Source: an uncultured Verrucomicrobiae bacterium (GTDB taxonomy: Bacteria > Verrucomicrobiota > Verrucomicrobiia > Chthoniobacterales > JAFAMB01). From it: a DNA stretch of 64,000 bases. The notes beneath the pieces were generated by a model. It saw only the letters and a program-made list of their open reading frames with translations. It had not been told where the DNA came from and did no database searches. A program made the position numbers and the translations under genes. Numbering within the stretch: position 1 is the first letter of the stretch; each line of letters starts with the position of its first letter. The stretch spans positions 2,996,487 through 3,060,486 of the forward strand of contig CAWIPH010000002.1 of the NCBI GenBank assembly GCA_963837955.1, read 5' to 3'. This document shows, in pieces, positions 19,166 through 28,595 of this stretch.

Positions 19166-20214
19166 CTTTTGTACTCCGCCAGCTCCTGATAAATTGCCGC
19201 CGTCCGCTCGGCAACTAATGACCAGCGGGTCGAGAACCGCCAGGCACTCGCTTCCTCAGGATTTCTTGGGGCATTGATAGCGCAATGCAGTAACTGCGAA
19301 AATTCTTCATCCAGATTGTGAAATCGGAAAACCATCGGTGACGGCTCCCCCAGATCGACCGTGCGTAGCCGCTCCGGCAGCAGCACCGGAATCCCAGCAG
19401 ATCGCGCCAGAGCAGCCGAGCCAGAGGTCAGGATCGAGGAATAGTTAAAAACGGCACAATCGACCGCACCTAGAAGCTGGCTCAGTTCCAGATCGCTCAG
19501 CTCTCTGGGCGTGAATGTTATATGGCCTGGTATGGCTCGGGCTTGCAATTCGGCCAGATAGGACGCTTCCGAAGAATCGCCGGCAATGATTAAATGCGTT
19601 GTTGGTCGAGCCACTCTCCAATAATCGACTACCTCATCAATTCCTTTATACCGCTCTATGCGGCCGAACATGAGCGCGTACTTGCAATCGGGTCGAAGAC
19701 CAAGCTTTGTCCGACTTTTTGATTGAGGTGGCGGAGTTGGCAGCGCCTCCAGAAGATCGCCGTGTGGAATGACTCGAATTTTTTCCGGCGACAAATTCGC
19801 AGCTTTCGCAATGACCTGTTTCGCCTCATCAGAGTGCGCTATGATTGTGCCGGCTCGATGATAAGTGAATTTAATGAGAGGGTCGATCAACGATTCGATG
19901 CCGTGAGTCTTCAGATTATGAGCCGTTACAACGAGAGGATGAAGCTTGGTCGCCAAAACAAGGTCAAGCGGGTAGCGTCCACGCCTAACCTGTTGGTGGA
20001 TCGGGCCGCCGAACTTGAAGTAATGCTCCGGCCAATGCAGGTGAAGAATTGCGTTTCGTGCTCGTCGCAGACTGCGCCAAAGTGGCAGTCCCCTTCGATA
20101 TTCGTTAAGAAATTGCACTGGAAATCCAAGCGCTCGAAGAGCGTTGGCCAGCAGGGTCTGATACGGATTCCCCGCAGTATAGTCAGGCGCAAAAATGATC
20201 CGATAATCCATCAA
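19162..20214 (-). CDS. Probable GT-B-type glycosyltransferase
   Basis: The N-terminal half has an HLHW motif and the C-terminal half reads YALMFGRIERYKGID...FNYSSILTSGSAALARSAGIPVL. The assignment is weaker than for the other glycosyltransferases. Confidence 0.6.
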   Translation of the reverse strand: MMDYRIIFAPDYTAGNPYQTLLANALRALGFPVQFLNEYRRGLPLWRSLRRARNAILHLHWPEHYFKFGGPIHQQVRRGRYPLDLVLATKLHPLVVTAHNLKTHGIESLIDPLIKFTYHRAGTIIAHSDEAKQVIAKAANLSPEKIRVIPHGDLLEALPTPPPQSKSRTKLGLRPDCKYALMFGRIERYKGIDEVVDYWRVARPTTHLIIAGDSSEASYLAELQARAIPGHITFTPRELSDLELSQLLGAVDCAVFNYSSILTSGSAALARSAGIPVLLPERLRTVDLGEPSPMVFRFHNLDEEFSQLLHCAINAPRNPEEASAWRFSTRWSLVAERTAAIYQELAEYKR

Positions 20215-20231
20215 ACGATGTGCCGGCTCCT

Positions 20232-21152
20232 TTAAAAGGCCCGGCGGAACCTTTTCAGAAGGCGCGCACTTGTCAGCGCCAATCCCTCAGCATAAAAACG
20301 TTGCCGCACAGCGCCGATGTAGTGGCGCATGATGATATCCGGCGGAGCTTCGGCCGTGATCGTTACCGAGTAAGATGAAGGCAACAACTGGGATGGTTGG
20401 CAGGCCGCTGCAATTGCGAAGAGGGTTTGCTCATAGGTCCAACGACGCTCCGTTTCCAAAAGAGCCGTCTTAACGATTGCTTCAGCCAGGAATTCAGGGT
20501 CAATGAAATCAGCGGAGATTGCGCAAATCCCGCTATTAAGCTTGGAAATCGGTTTCACGCCGACTCGTGCCTCTATCGCCTCCGGCGGAACGGCAGATGC
20601 CTCTTTAACGTCAGTCAAAAAATAATTGGGGCTTTTCATACGCGTCGCCCATTGAAGAATTTCGGTCGGGCGCCGAAAGAAAATCATATCGCAATCCAGG
20701 ATAAGTCTCTTGCCTGGGGGACCAAGCAGCGGGGCATCAAGTAGTTTCAAAGCGAGTGGAAGTCTCCTTCGAAGTTCCAGCAAAACCGGCCACCGCCGAA
20801 GCGTCTCGGTCAATTGAGCATCTGCTTCCGGTCGACTGACCATCTTCGCATCGGGAGCCACGTTTGCGATAGCTCGCCAAATAGGCTCATTACACGAACC
20901 GTCATCGTGGAAAACCACTGGCCATGACTGATCGGTCACGTCGAAGAAAGACGCTAACATCCAGAGACCCAACATCCAGTATTCACTCCCTATCACGACG
21001 TGGAGAGCGACATCCTTGTTGTCAGCGGTTCCGGGCAGCCGTAGGCCCAACACGCGGTTGAGCGTGAAATAGTCGTGCCAAGTCGCTCCGAGCCCCCGCC
21101 GAATGTCGCGCCGGAGCCGCCAATAGAGATGTCCCGGACTCGGAAAGTTCAC
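20232..21152 (-). CDS. Hypothetical protein, possibly a GT-A-like nucleotide-sugar transferase
   Basis: The only support is a DxD-like LILDCDMIFF and the operon position (4-nt overlap with the wzt-like gene). No family was recognised with certainty. Confidence 0.4.
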   Translation of the reverse strand: MNFPSPGHLYWRLRRDIRRGLGATWHDYFTLNRVLGLRLPGTADNKDVALHVVIGSEYWMLGLWMLASFFDVTDQSWPVVFHDDGSCNEPIWRAIANVAPDAKMVSRPEADAQLTETLRRWPVLLELRRRLPLALKLLDAPLLGPPGKRLILDCDMIFFRRPTEILQWATRMKSPNYFLTDVKEASAVPPEAIEARVGVKPISKLNSGICAISADFIDPEFLAEAIVKTALLETERRWTYEQTLFAIAAACQPSQLLPSSYSVTITAEAPPDIIMRHYIGAVRQRFYAEGLALTSARLLKRFRRAF

Positions 21153-22423
21153 AAATTTGCGGCGTCCGCCTGCGAGCTTACGAGTTCCATGTCCTCACGA
21201 AGTTCCCAAGTATACGGCAATTTCACCAAGCCGGACCATTGCGAATTTTCCATCCGGAGTCCCTCAATCCACCCCGGCGCCACTTCAAACTCAAGTAAGC
21301 ACTCAGCCTTTTGCACCTGGAAATTATTGAGGTAGACCGCACCGAACAAATGATAGCGCCCAGGGTTAAGGCGCAACGGATTCACAATACATTGCAAGGT
21401 AATATCTCCCGTCAAAGGACCGAGATTTGCTTTTTCGCTGCTAAATTCTGTAACATAAACCAAATTCTCGTTGTAGATTTCCAGCGCGCAGTGAGCCCCT
21501 GGTACCATCGAGGCGACCTCAACCTGAAAATGGGCTGGCTTGCCGGTAGTTAGTACGTTTTGCAAAGTATCTTGGCCTTGCGACACAGTCGCGGAAATCA
21601 CTGATGGTGTGCCAGCAATTTTGGGTCTTACGGATCGCGGTTGCTCGGCCACCACGTTCAGATAAGCCTGGATCGCCCGAGCCGGGGTGTCATCGGCAAT
21701 CATTCTCCCTTCCCGCAATGCGATCACCCGCGAGCAAATGTTTTGCACCGCGGCCAGATCATGACTGACAAAAAGCACGGTACGCCCACCTTTTGCCACG
21801 TCGTTCATTTTGCCGAGGCATTTCTTCTGAAACTCGGCGTCGCCCACCGCCAGAATTTCATCGGCTATCAAAATGCCGGCATCAAGAAACGCAGCCACAG
21901 CGAATGCTAGCCGTACGCGCATTCCGCTGGAATAGCGCTTCGCTGGAGTGTCGATAAACTGTGAAATTCCAGAGAAATCAATGATAGCATCCAGTTTCCG
22001 TCGCGTTGTTTTCTGGGGCATGCCAAGAATGGCGGCATTCAAGAAGATATTTTCGCGCCCGGTGAGATCGGGGTGCATCCCGGTGCCAACCTCCAACAAC
22101 GAGGCAACTCGCTGTCGCAACACCGCCTCGCCCGCCGTTGGTTCGGTAATCCGCGAAAGGATTTTGAGCAAGGTAGACTTACCAGCTCCATTGCTTCCCA
22201 CAAATCCGAGTGCTTCACCGTGCTGAACCTGGAAACTAATGTCGCGGAGCGCCCAGACCCATTTCGATTTGTCTTTGGCGCTAGGGATACCTCCGGGGCC
22301 GGCCTGCTTCTCCTTCCGAATACGCGAAAATAATATTTGGAGATCCTCCTTCAAAGAAGTGGCACCGATTGTTCCCAAGCGGTAACGTTTTGAAAGATTG
22401 GAGACTTCGATTACCGGTTTCAT
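21149..22423 (-). CDS. Polysaccharide/O-antigen ABC exporter ATP-binding protein (Wzt/TagH-like) with a C-terminal extension
   Basis: Walker A GSNGAGKSTLLK, signature YSSGMRVRLAFA, Walker B ILIADEILAVGD and H-loop FVSHD are present. About 170 extra C-terminal aa resemble the glycan-binding domains of Wzt proteins. Confidence 0.9.
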   Translation of the reverse strand: MKPVIEVSNLSKRYRLGTIGATSLKEDLQILFSRIRKEKQAGPGGIPSAKDKSKWVWALRDISFQVQHGEALGFVGSNGAGKSTLLKILSRITEPTAGEAVLRQRVASLLEVGTGMHPDLTGRENIFLNAAILGMPQKTTRRKLDAIIDFSGISQFIDTPAKRYSSGMRVRLAFAVAAFLDAGILIADEILAVGDAEFQKKCLGKMNDVAKGGRTVLFVSHDLAAVQNICSRVIALREGRMIADDTPARAIQAYLNVVAEQPRSVRPKIAGTPSVISATVSQGQDTLQNVLTTGKPAHFQVEVASMVPGAHCALEIYNENLVYVTEFSSEKANLGPLTGDITLQCIVNPLRLNPGRYHLFGAVYLNNFQVQKAECLLEFEVAPGWIEGLRMENSQWSGLVKLPYTWELREDMELVSSQADAANL

Positions 22424-22435
22424 CGTTATCCCGTG

Positions 22436-23307
22436 CTAAATCGAGTCCACGAACGTCCGTTCTGTCCGTCGAAATATGAGTAGCCCCGCGATCAAGAGCA
22501 CTCCGGTAATGGCAATCGATATTATATTTTCTCGAGCCGTAATCGTCGAAACTCCGAGGACTACCCCGCGAAAATTCTCGATGATCGGCGCAGCGGGGTT
22601 TGCCAGGATGATCCAGTGATATTGTTGGCTAATCCGCGAAGCCGGGTAAACGATAGGAGTGACGTACATCCAGATCTGGAGCAAGAATGCGATTAAGTGG
22701 GTTAGATCCCGGTATTTCGCGGTACAAGCCGAAAAAAGCAGACCCACCCCTAAACTGAGGAACGCGGTTTGCAGCATCAAAAGGGGGATAATGTAAATAG
22801 CTTCGCCGTATTTTGGGAAAAACTTTGCTCCGGTTAGCTTAAAAAAAACACAAAGCCAACCAGACTAATAAATTGAACGAGCATCGCTATCGCGTTGGAA
22901 AATGTACTAGCGAGCGGCGCGATGAGTCTCGGAAAATACACTTTTTCAAAAAGATAAGCGTAATTTCCGAAGATGTTGGAGGTGCTGGTTACATTCAACG
23001 ATAGGTAAGACCAGATCGTTAGTCCGGAAAGATAAAAGAGAATCGGAGGAAGGCCATCCGTTGGCAGCTGGGCAACGCGATTGAAGATCACAGTGAACAC
23101 CAGCGTTGTCAGCAAGGGCTGCAATAAGAACCAGAGCGGACCCAAAATCGTTTGCTTGTACTTCAGCAGAAAATCGCGCTGAACGAGCAGGAACAAGACA
23201 TCACGGAATTCAAAGAGCTCCCGCACGGGGAAATCGAGCCAATTAGCGTTTGGCTTGATCTGAACCTCATAAGCAGATTCTCCAGTAGCTTGCATATCTA
23301 CATCCAT
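22436..23307 (-). pseudogene. ABC-2 type polysaccharide exporter permease (Wzm-like), interrupted by a 1-nt frameshift in an A8/T8 run
   Basis: ORF 22834..23460 ends ...LVGFVFFLS*. ORF 22436..22780 lies in the adjacent frame. With one extra T in the run at 22841-22848 the reading becomes ...GFVFFFKLTGAKFFPKYGEAIYIIPLLMLQTAFLSLG..., a continuous permease of about 290 aa. Likely starts are the ATGs at 23307 or 23295. Confidence 0.75.
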
Positions 23308-23327
23308 TTTTCCCGCAGTAATGTTAG

Positions 23328-24656
23328 TTACGGCCCTTTGGAAGAATCCTTTAGTCGCGAATTTGATTGGCGAGAACGCCCGCGACGGTCCTCGGTTCGT
23401 TCGTTCTTGAGCTGTAGCTTTGCCAATCCCGATACTTTCCGGGCAAATTCGGAAAGGCAAGTCTTACTCGCTCGCCAGAATTGGTCGGGGATGACTCTTC
23501 GACGCACTTGCCGCAGCAGACTAAATAGACGGCCCTTCCAGCCGAGTTGTTTTTTTATGATCCACCACTCGAAGGCAACGATTAAGGTCAAACTTTCGCG
23601 GCTAACCAATCCCAGCCAGCGATAATGTCGCCGATAGTCGTTGTAGGCTTCCTTAAATCGGGCCAGATTCTCTTCTGTTGGATGATAGTTGCGCGAATCG
23701 ATTGCATCTGACGGAGTGCTGAAACGAGGACGTTTTTTTTGCACCTCCAGGCAAACCTGACATTGCGCCTTGAGTAAAATTGTCGCCGGAGCGGCCTCCG
23801 GAAAAGCGTTCCGATGTGCGCGCATATATGTCCGGAAGGGAACATGAAAAAAAAATGGAAGATGATCCGCGCGCCAGAGAGCGTGGCCTGCGCTGCCGGA
23901 ATAACTTAATGAACGGAGCATGCTCCCAAAATCGATCATTCGAATTTGAAGTTCCTCAGCAAGCTCCTGGGCGACGATCTTGGCGGCGCCCCCCAGCGAG
24001 ATAAATGCAGAATCGGCGCCGCTCTCGCGAACTGCCGCTGCAATCTGCGCCTTAATCTCATCCAGATTCCGCGAGAGATCCCGTCCCTCACCGATAGGCT
24101 GGACAAATCGGATGCCGGCTGCTCCATCGAAACATCGCGCCGCGATCTGGCAGTAGTCGGAATCCTTTAGCAGTTCGCGTAGAAGCGGAGCTTCCGCTCC
24201 GCAAATTACTATCCGATGCCTTTGAATGTATCCCGGGAATTCAAACCAGGTCCAATCCGTCAATAGCCCGGATTTTTCGGGCGAGTCTTTCTGCACTTGG
24301 GACGATTTCGATCGGAGTCTAAGGTCTCGATTGTGCGTTCGATTGAATTCCTGGTTCCAATACCAATCTAGGTAATCACATTGCTCATAGCTCCGCAGCA
24401 GCCGGTCGCGGTGTTCAGCGTCAAGTCCGGGATAGCCGCGTGAAAATTCGACCGATCGCACTTCGGGCATCCGCGCAATCGATTCGAGGGGACCCTGTTG
24501 CAAGCGGAGTAGAAAGCGCAGTTCACCGTCGCCCATTCGCAAGTAGGAAAACTGCTCATGCGATTCGAGAAGAGCCGTTAGTTCAGTGAGGGCGGTGGTT
24601 CTCTCCAAAGAGAGCGCACCAATTTCCACTGCTGAATGCTTTGTCGATACTGCCAT
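23328..24656 (-). CDS. Hypothetical protein, first gene of the long minus-strand glycan operon (possible GT-D/DUF1792-like enzyme, unverified)
   Basis: The 442-aa ORF has a coherent composition. The motif FSYLRMGDGELRFL vaguely recalls GT-D-type enzymes. No secure family assignment was made. Confidence 0.5.
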   Translation of the reverse strand: MAVSTKHSAVEIGALSLERTTALTELTALLESHEQFSYLRMGDGELRFLLRLQQGPLESIARMPEVRSVEFSRGYPGLDAEHRDRLLRSYEQCDYLDWYWNQEFNRTHNRDLRLRSKSSQVQKDSPEKSGLLTDWTWFEFPGYIQRHRIVICGAEAPLLRELLKDSDYCQIAARCFDGAAGIRFVQPIGEGRDLSRNLDEIKAQIAAAVRESGADSAFISLGGAAKIVAQELAEELQIRMIDFGSMLRSLSYSGSAGHALWRADHLPFFFHVPFRTYMRAHRNAFPEAAPATILLKAQCQVCLEVQKKRPRFSTPSDAIDSRNYHPTEENLARFKEAYNDYRRHYRWLGLVSRESLTLIVAFEWWIIKKQLGWKGRLFSLLRQVRRRVIPDQFWRASKTCLSEFARKVSGLAKLQLKNERTEDRRGRSRQSNSRLKDSSKGP

Positions 24657-24887
24657 TCGGCGCTCACCTCATTCTGCGAAGAGATCCCGGGCCAGTTAGA
24701 TCCAGCGCATAAGCGGCGTTTTCGCAGCGTAGAGGTTAGCTCAAGTCTAGCGTCCGGCAAGCCAAAGACAGAAAAAGTCAAGCCCGCTCCCGAGAACCCC
24801 GGAAGCAAGTCCGGTCAGCACGTGCCCACAGCGCAACTATTTCGGGTCTGAATTAAAAAAGAAACCGCCCATACAGACGTGAAATAA

Positions 24888-25211
24888 TTGTTTGAATCTA
24901 GTGTTTATGATTGTTATCGTATTTCTACTCACTCTGTCGTCGTGCGTGAAGAAATCCGACTCTCATTAGGTACGCTGGCCCTTTTATGCGGCTTGCTGGC
25001 TCTCGGTTTTGCGCTCAGGGCTTATAACAATCCGCACGGGTTCGAATTGACCATCAGTTGCGGCGCTTCTGTAGTTCTGGCGGCGTTGGCAGGCTGGCTT
25101 GCACTCCTGTTTTACCGCAATGGCCCGAGGGTCCGGCTCGCGGAACGGACTCGGATCCGGCATATCTTGCGCGATCTAAAATCCGACTTGCGAATTGTTC
25201 GGCGCAAATAG
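24888..25211 (+). CDS. Small two-TM membrane protein (hypothetical)
   Basis: It has a TTG start and two hydrophobic segments (LGTLALLCGLLALGFAL, VVLAALAGWLALLF). It lies divergent from the glycan operon. Support is weak. Confidence 0.25.
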   Translation: MFESSVYDCYRISTHSVVVREEIRLSLGTLALLCGLLALGFALRAYNNPHGFELTISCGASVVLAALAGWLALLFYRNGPRVRLAERTRIRHILRDLKSDLRIVRRK

Positions 25212-25436
25212 CCTTTGCGATTCTTGGTCAGTCCGTGCCTCCAAAACCCCGTTCTGGATATTCCTCGTTTGTCCCATCACAGTCCGATTAGGTGCCCGGG
25301 CTTATTAACATCGCACTTACGCCTGTCATGGAAATGACGCTACGATTCAGGAAGCCCTTCGTTGCAAGAAAGTTTATTGCCAGTATGGGTTCAAAGCCAT
25401 CAGCCTCGCAAGAGACGGCCAGACCAGTAGCAAAAC

Positions 25437-25979
25437 ATGGACCTGAGTACTTTTGCCAATGCGGATTTCGATCGGGGCGCCCCCAAATGGAAAGAAGGCC
25501 TCTGGATCCTCGTGCGGAGCTTCTTTTTCCTTAGCGCGCTGCCTTATCCCAGCAAACTAAAGACACTGCTTCTTCGATGGTTTGGGGCAGAGGTCGGTCG
25601 GAATGTCACGATCCGCTCCCAAGTAAATATCAGTTTCCCTTGGCGATTAGTTATCCGGGACGATGTATGGATCGGCGACGGAGTCTGGATCCTGAGCCTG
25701 GCGCAGGTCGTTATCGAATCAAACATCTGTATCTCCCAGCGAAGCTATCTTTGTTCCGGGTCCCACGATTATCGGAAAAGCAGCTTCGATCTGATAACAA
25801 AACCAATCTTCATTCGTGAGCGCAGCTGGATTGCGGCAAACTCGTTCATCGGTCCAGGGGTAGAGATTGGTCCGGGTAGCGTGGTAGGCGCTGGCTCGGT
25901 CGTACTAGAGAACTTCGGGCCGAAAGTCCTAATTCGCGGGAACCCAGCGAAGGTTGTGAAAACGCTAGAAGGAAATTAG
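25437..25979 (+). CDS. Hexapeptide-repeat O-acetyltransferase (WcaF-like)
   Basis: The WcaF-like N-terminus reads FANADFDRGAPKWKEGLWILVRSFFFLSALPYPSKLKTLLLRWFGAEVG. Left-handed beta-helix repeats follow (VWIGDGVWI, AANSFIGPGVEIGPGSVVGAGSVV). Confidence 0.85.
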   Translation: MDLSTFANADFDRGAPKWKEGLWILVRSFFFLSALPYPSKLKTLLLRWFGAEVGRNVTIRSQVNISFPWRLVIRDDVWIGDGVWILSLAQVVIESNICISQRSYLCSGSHDYRKSSFDLITKPIFIRERSWIAANSFIGPGVEIGPGSVVGAGSVVLENFGPKVLIRGNPAKVVKTLEGN

Positions 25980-27088
25980 TGCGCATCTTATTTCTCAATC
26001 AATTCGCTCCCCCCGATCCAGCGCCGACCGCACAGCTCGTAGGCCGACTTGCCGATGCGCTTCGTCGGGACGGTTATGAAGTGCAGATTGTTGGTACGAA
26101 ACAGCGGTACCGATCTCGCGCCAGAGGCATTCTTTTTCGGCTAATGGATGAACTGACAGCCCTCCTCGGCCTTCTCTACCATGCGACAAAAGCTGAGCGA
26201 CCTGACACCGTTATATCCACATCTTCACCGCCTGGTTTGCTGGTGGTTGGCCTGATTGTCGCCAAGCTCAAGCGAGCGCGCTGTATTCATTGGGCAATGG
26301 ATCTCTATCCAGAGCTGGTATTTCGTTTGGGCAAACGTTGGCCCAGAGTTTTCGAAGATTTCTCCTATTGGCTGATGGGAAAGGCTTATCGACAGAGTAA
26401 CCAAATCGTCACCTTAGACGAGGATATGCGGGCACACTTAAATCGCCAGTACGCAGTCGAAGCCTCGGTCATTCGACCATGGATCCTCCAATCTGCGCTT
26501 CCGGCATCAGCACCGTTCCCTGAGAAAACGCCATTCTTCTGGATTTATTCCGGAAACCTGGGTCGCGCGCACGAATGGAAAATACTGCTGGAGGCGCAAG
26601 CGATATTGGAATCCCGTAGCCTGCCAATCTATTTAGTCTTTCAAGGCGGCGGCGCATCCCGCGCGAAGGCGGAGGAGGCTGCTAGCATCGCCGGATTGAG
26701 ACAAGTGGACTGGAGAAGCTACGCAGCCGAGTCCGAGTTGATCGAGTCGTTGTTGCGCGCGCATGTTTTCATTGTTACCCAAAGACTCAGCGTCCGAGGT
26801 CTGTTATGGCCGAGTAAACTCGGTTTGCTGAAGAAGCTGCCGCGCCCGTTGGTGTTTATCGGCCCGACCGACAGCGCGATTGCAGCTGAGGTTAACTCTT
26901 TGCCCAATGGGGCAACATTTGAGCCAACCCAAAGTCGAAGTTTGGCCGCGCATATTGAAGAGCTATTCGAAGTTTGGCCCCCAAAACTTAGTCTCATTGT
27001 CGATACTGCCGACGAATTTCCGGAAATATACAAAAACTGGAGAGCTGTCCTCGATCGGGCTGCTGTAGAGCAACCTACTTTCAAGTGA
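25979..27088 (+). CDS. GT-B glycosyltransferase (WcaI-like, family 4)
   Basis: The GTG start overlaps the upstream TAG by 1 nt. The start MRILFLNQFAPPDPAPTAQLVGRLADAL is typical. The length and C-terminal half suit a GT-B fold. Confidence 0.8.
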   Translation: MRILFLNQFAPPDPAPTAQLVGRLADALRRDGYEVQIVGTKQRYRSRARGILFRLMDELTALLGLLYHATKAERPDTVISTSSPPGLLVVGLIVAKLKRARCIHWAMDLYPELVFRLGKRWPRVFEDFSYWLMGKAYRQSNQIVTLDEDMRAHLNRQYAVEASVIRPWILQSALPASAPFPEKTPFFWIYSGNLGRAHEWKILLEAQAILESRSLPIYLVFQGGGASRAKAEEAASIAGLRQVDWRSYAAESELIESLLRAHVFIVTQRLSVRGLLWPSKLGLLKKLPRPLVFIGPTDSAIAAEVNSLPNGATFEPTQSRSLAAHIEELFEVWPPKLSLIVDTADEFPEIYKNWRAVLDRAAVEQPTFK

Positions 27089-27141
27089 TTGACCCGATAA
27101 GAAGATTGCGGCCGATCCGGTATCTCTTTCCAAGCTCATGG

Positions 27142-27699
27142 CTATTCCGCATGGTTCTCTGCTGATTTGAGCAGGCGAATCACTTTCGCTGGGTTACCGA
27201 CTGCCACACATTTTGACGGAAGTGATTTTGTGACCACGCTCCCGGCACCGACAATGGAACCGGAGCCGACGACTACGCCTTTCAAAATGGTTACGTGCGC
27301 GCCGAGCCAACAACCGTCTTCAATGACGGTGGGCTTACTGACGAGCGCGCCGGCGCTGCCCTCCAGGTCGTGATCGTGATCAGTCAGGTAGCAGAAAGGA
27401 CCAATCATACATCCCGCTCCAATATCAACCAGTTCAGATGCGTCGATAAAAGTGTTCCGATTGATGTAAGTTTGCCGGCCCAAGATGATCCTAGGCTTTT
27501 GTCGGCGATCGCCAGTGGTCAGTAACGTTACTCGTTCATCCAGCATCACCCCTTGACCAATCGCGATATCCCAGGGATTTCGCGGAATCCGTACGCTCCG
27601 AAGCCAACATTTACCCTCGATTCGGACGCCACGCGCAAGAAGCAAAAATGCCTGGAAGCGAGAGCAAAGACCAACCCAAGCTCGAATCATCAACTCCAT
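27142..27699 (-). CDS. Hexapeptide-repeat acetyltransferase (maltose/galactoside O-acetyltransferase or NodL-like)
   Basis: The hexapeptide region reads IEDGCWLGAHVTILKGVVVGSGSIVGAGSVVTKSLPSKCVAVGNPAKV. It overlaps the upstream GT2 by 10 nt. Confidence 0.85.
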   Translation of the reverse strand: MELMIRAWVGLCSRFQAFLLLARGVRIEGKCWLRSVRIPRNPWDIAIGQGVMLDERVTLLTTGDRRQKPRIILGRQTYINRNTFIDASELVDIGAGCMIGPFCYLTDHDHDLEGSAGALVSKPTVIEDGCWLGAHVTILKGVVVGSGSIVGAGSVVTKSLPSKCVAVGNPAKVIRLLKSAENHAE

Positions 27700-28595
27700 G
27701 TGCCTCGTATCGCCTTTAGCCAGCCCTCGTTCTGCGCTTTCGCCAACGCAATTGTATCAAACAGCCGATGAACAAACATTTTTATTTCCAACTTGAGGCC
27801 GCTCAGACCCATCACATCACGTGCAACAATCCGACGACTTCGCATCGCCGCGGCTGCATAGGCAGCCTTATCCATCTTGAAAGGCGTGGGTGCAGAATTG
27901 TGCTCATAAACGGCCTCGCTCTCGAAAAGCAAGCGGTGCGTTCTCGCAATCCGGGCCGATAAATGAACGTCCTCCATGAAACTGTAGCCCTCAAAATCTG
28001 GGAAACGCTCTCGAGCAAACAACTCCGACCGGTAGAGAACGCACGTCGAGTTCAACCAATCTGAAGATATCAAACCAGATTGTTCTTCGTAACAAGGGTG
28101 AGTGTTGATGGCTGGGCCAAAAAGCCGCGCGCCGAAGTTTGGATGTGAATAGCCAGCCTGCAGCCGATAATACCACCAAAGCAGCCCTCGAGGCTTAGGA
28201 TGGCCAAGACCTTCGATATGCCCAGCTACACCACCGACCGTATGCCCGTTCTCGGCTTCAAAAGGAGCCACCAGCCGAGAAAAGGTCTGCGGAGGTAGAA
28301 CAACGTCGTCGTCAACAAACGCGATCAGGGGGGTCGAAACTGACAGCGCACCTAGATTCCGCTGTTCAGCGGCGCTTGGGTTCGGGGCTCGAACGTAAAG
28401 TAGCGGCAGATTGCCTTTTATCCGCTCCGCAAGATCGCTCGTTTCATTGCCGGAGGAAGCATCCACTAATATTACCGAGGATGGTGGCCTGGTCTGTTGC
28501 ATCAGCGAATCGAGAACCATGGCGAGCGAATCTGGTCGATCCAGCGTGGCTATGACTGCGGAATAAGTAAGTTGATTGGTCGAGGAAACGGTCAT
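27690..28595 (-). CDS. Family 2 (GT-A) glycosyltransferase
   Basis: Motifs YSAVIATLDRPDSL and LIAFVDDDVV (DxD) are present. The ATG overlaps the TGA of the PPTase-like fragment (ATGA at 28592-28595). Confidence 0.85.
   Translation of the reverse strand: MTVSSTNQLTYSAVIATLDRPDSLAMVLDSLMQQTRPPSSVILVDASSGNETSDLAERIKGNLPLLYVRAPNPSAAEQRNLGALSVSTPLIAFVDDDVVLPPQTFSRLVAPFEAENGHTVGGVAGHIEGLGHPKPRGLLWWYYRLQAGYSHPNFGARLFGPAINTHPCYEEQSGLISSDWLNSTCVLYRSELFARERFPDFEGYSFMEDVHLSARIARTHRLLFESEAVYEHNSAPTPFKMDKAAYAAAAMRSRRIVARDVMGLSGLKLEIKMFVHRLFDTIALAKAQNEGWLKAIRGTWS

Noticed and set aside
25020-25045. gggttcgaattg, resembling a tRNA T-loop (GGTTCGAAT)
   Set aside because: The flanking bases do not form a T-stem (cacgg / ttgac). 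No D-arm or acceptor stem can be drawn. It lies inside a candidate small ORF. No tRNA was recognised anywhere in the window.
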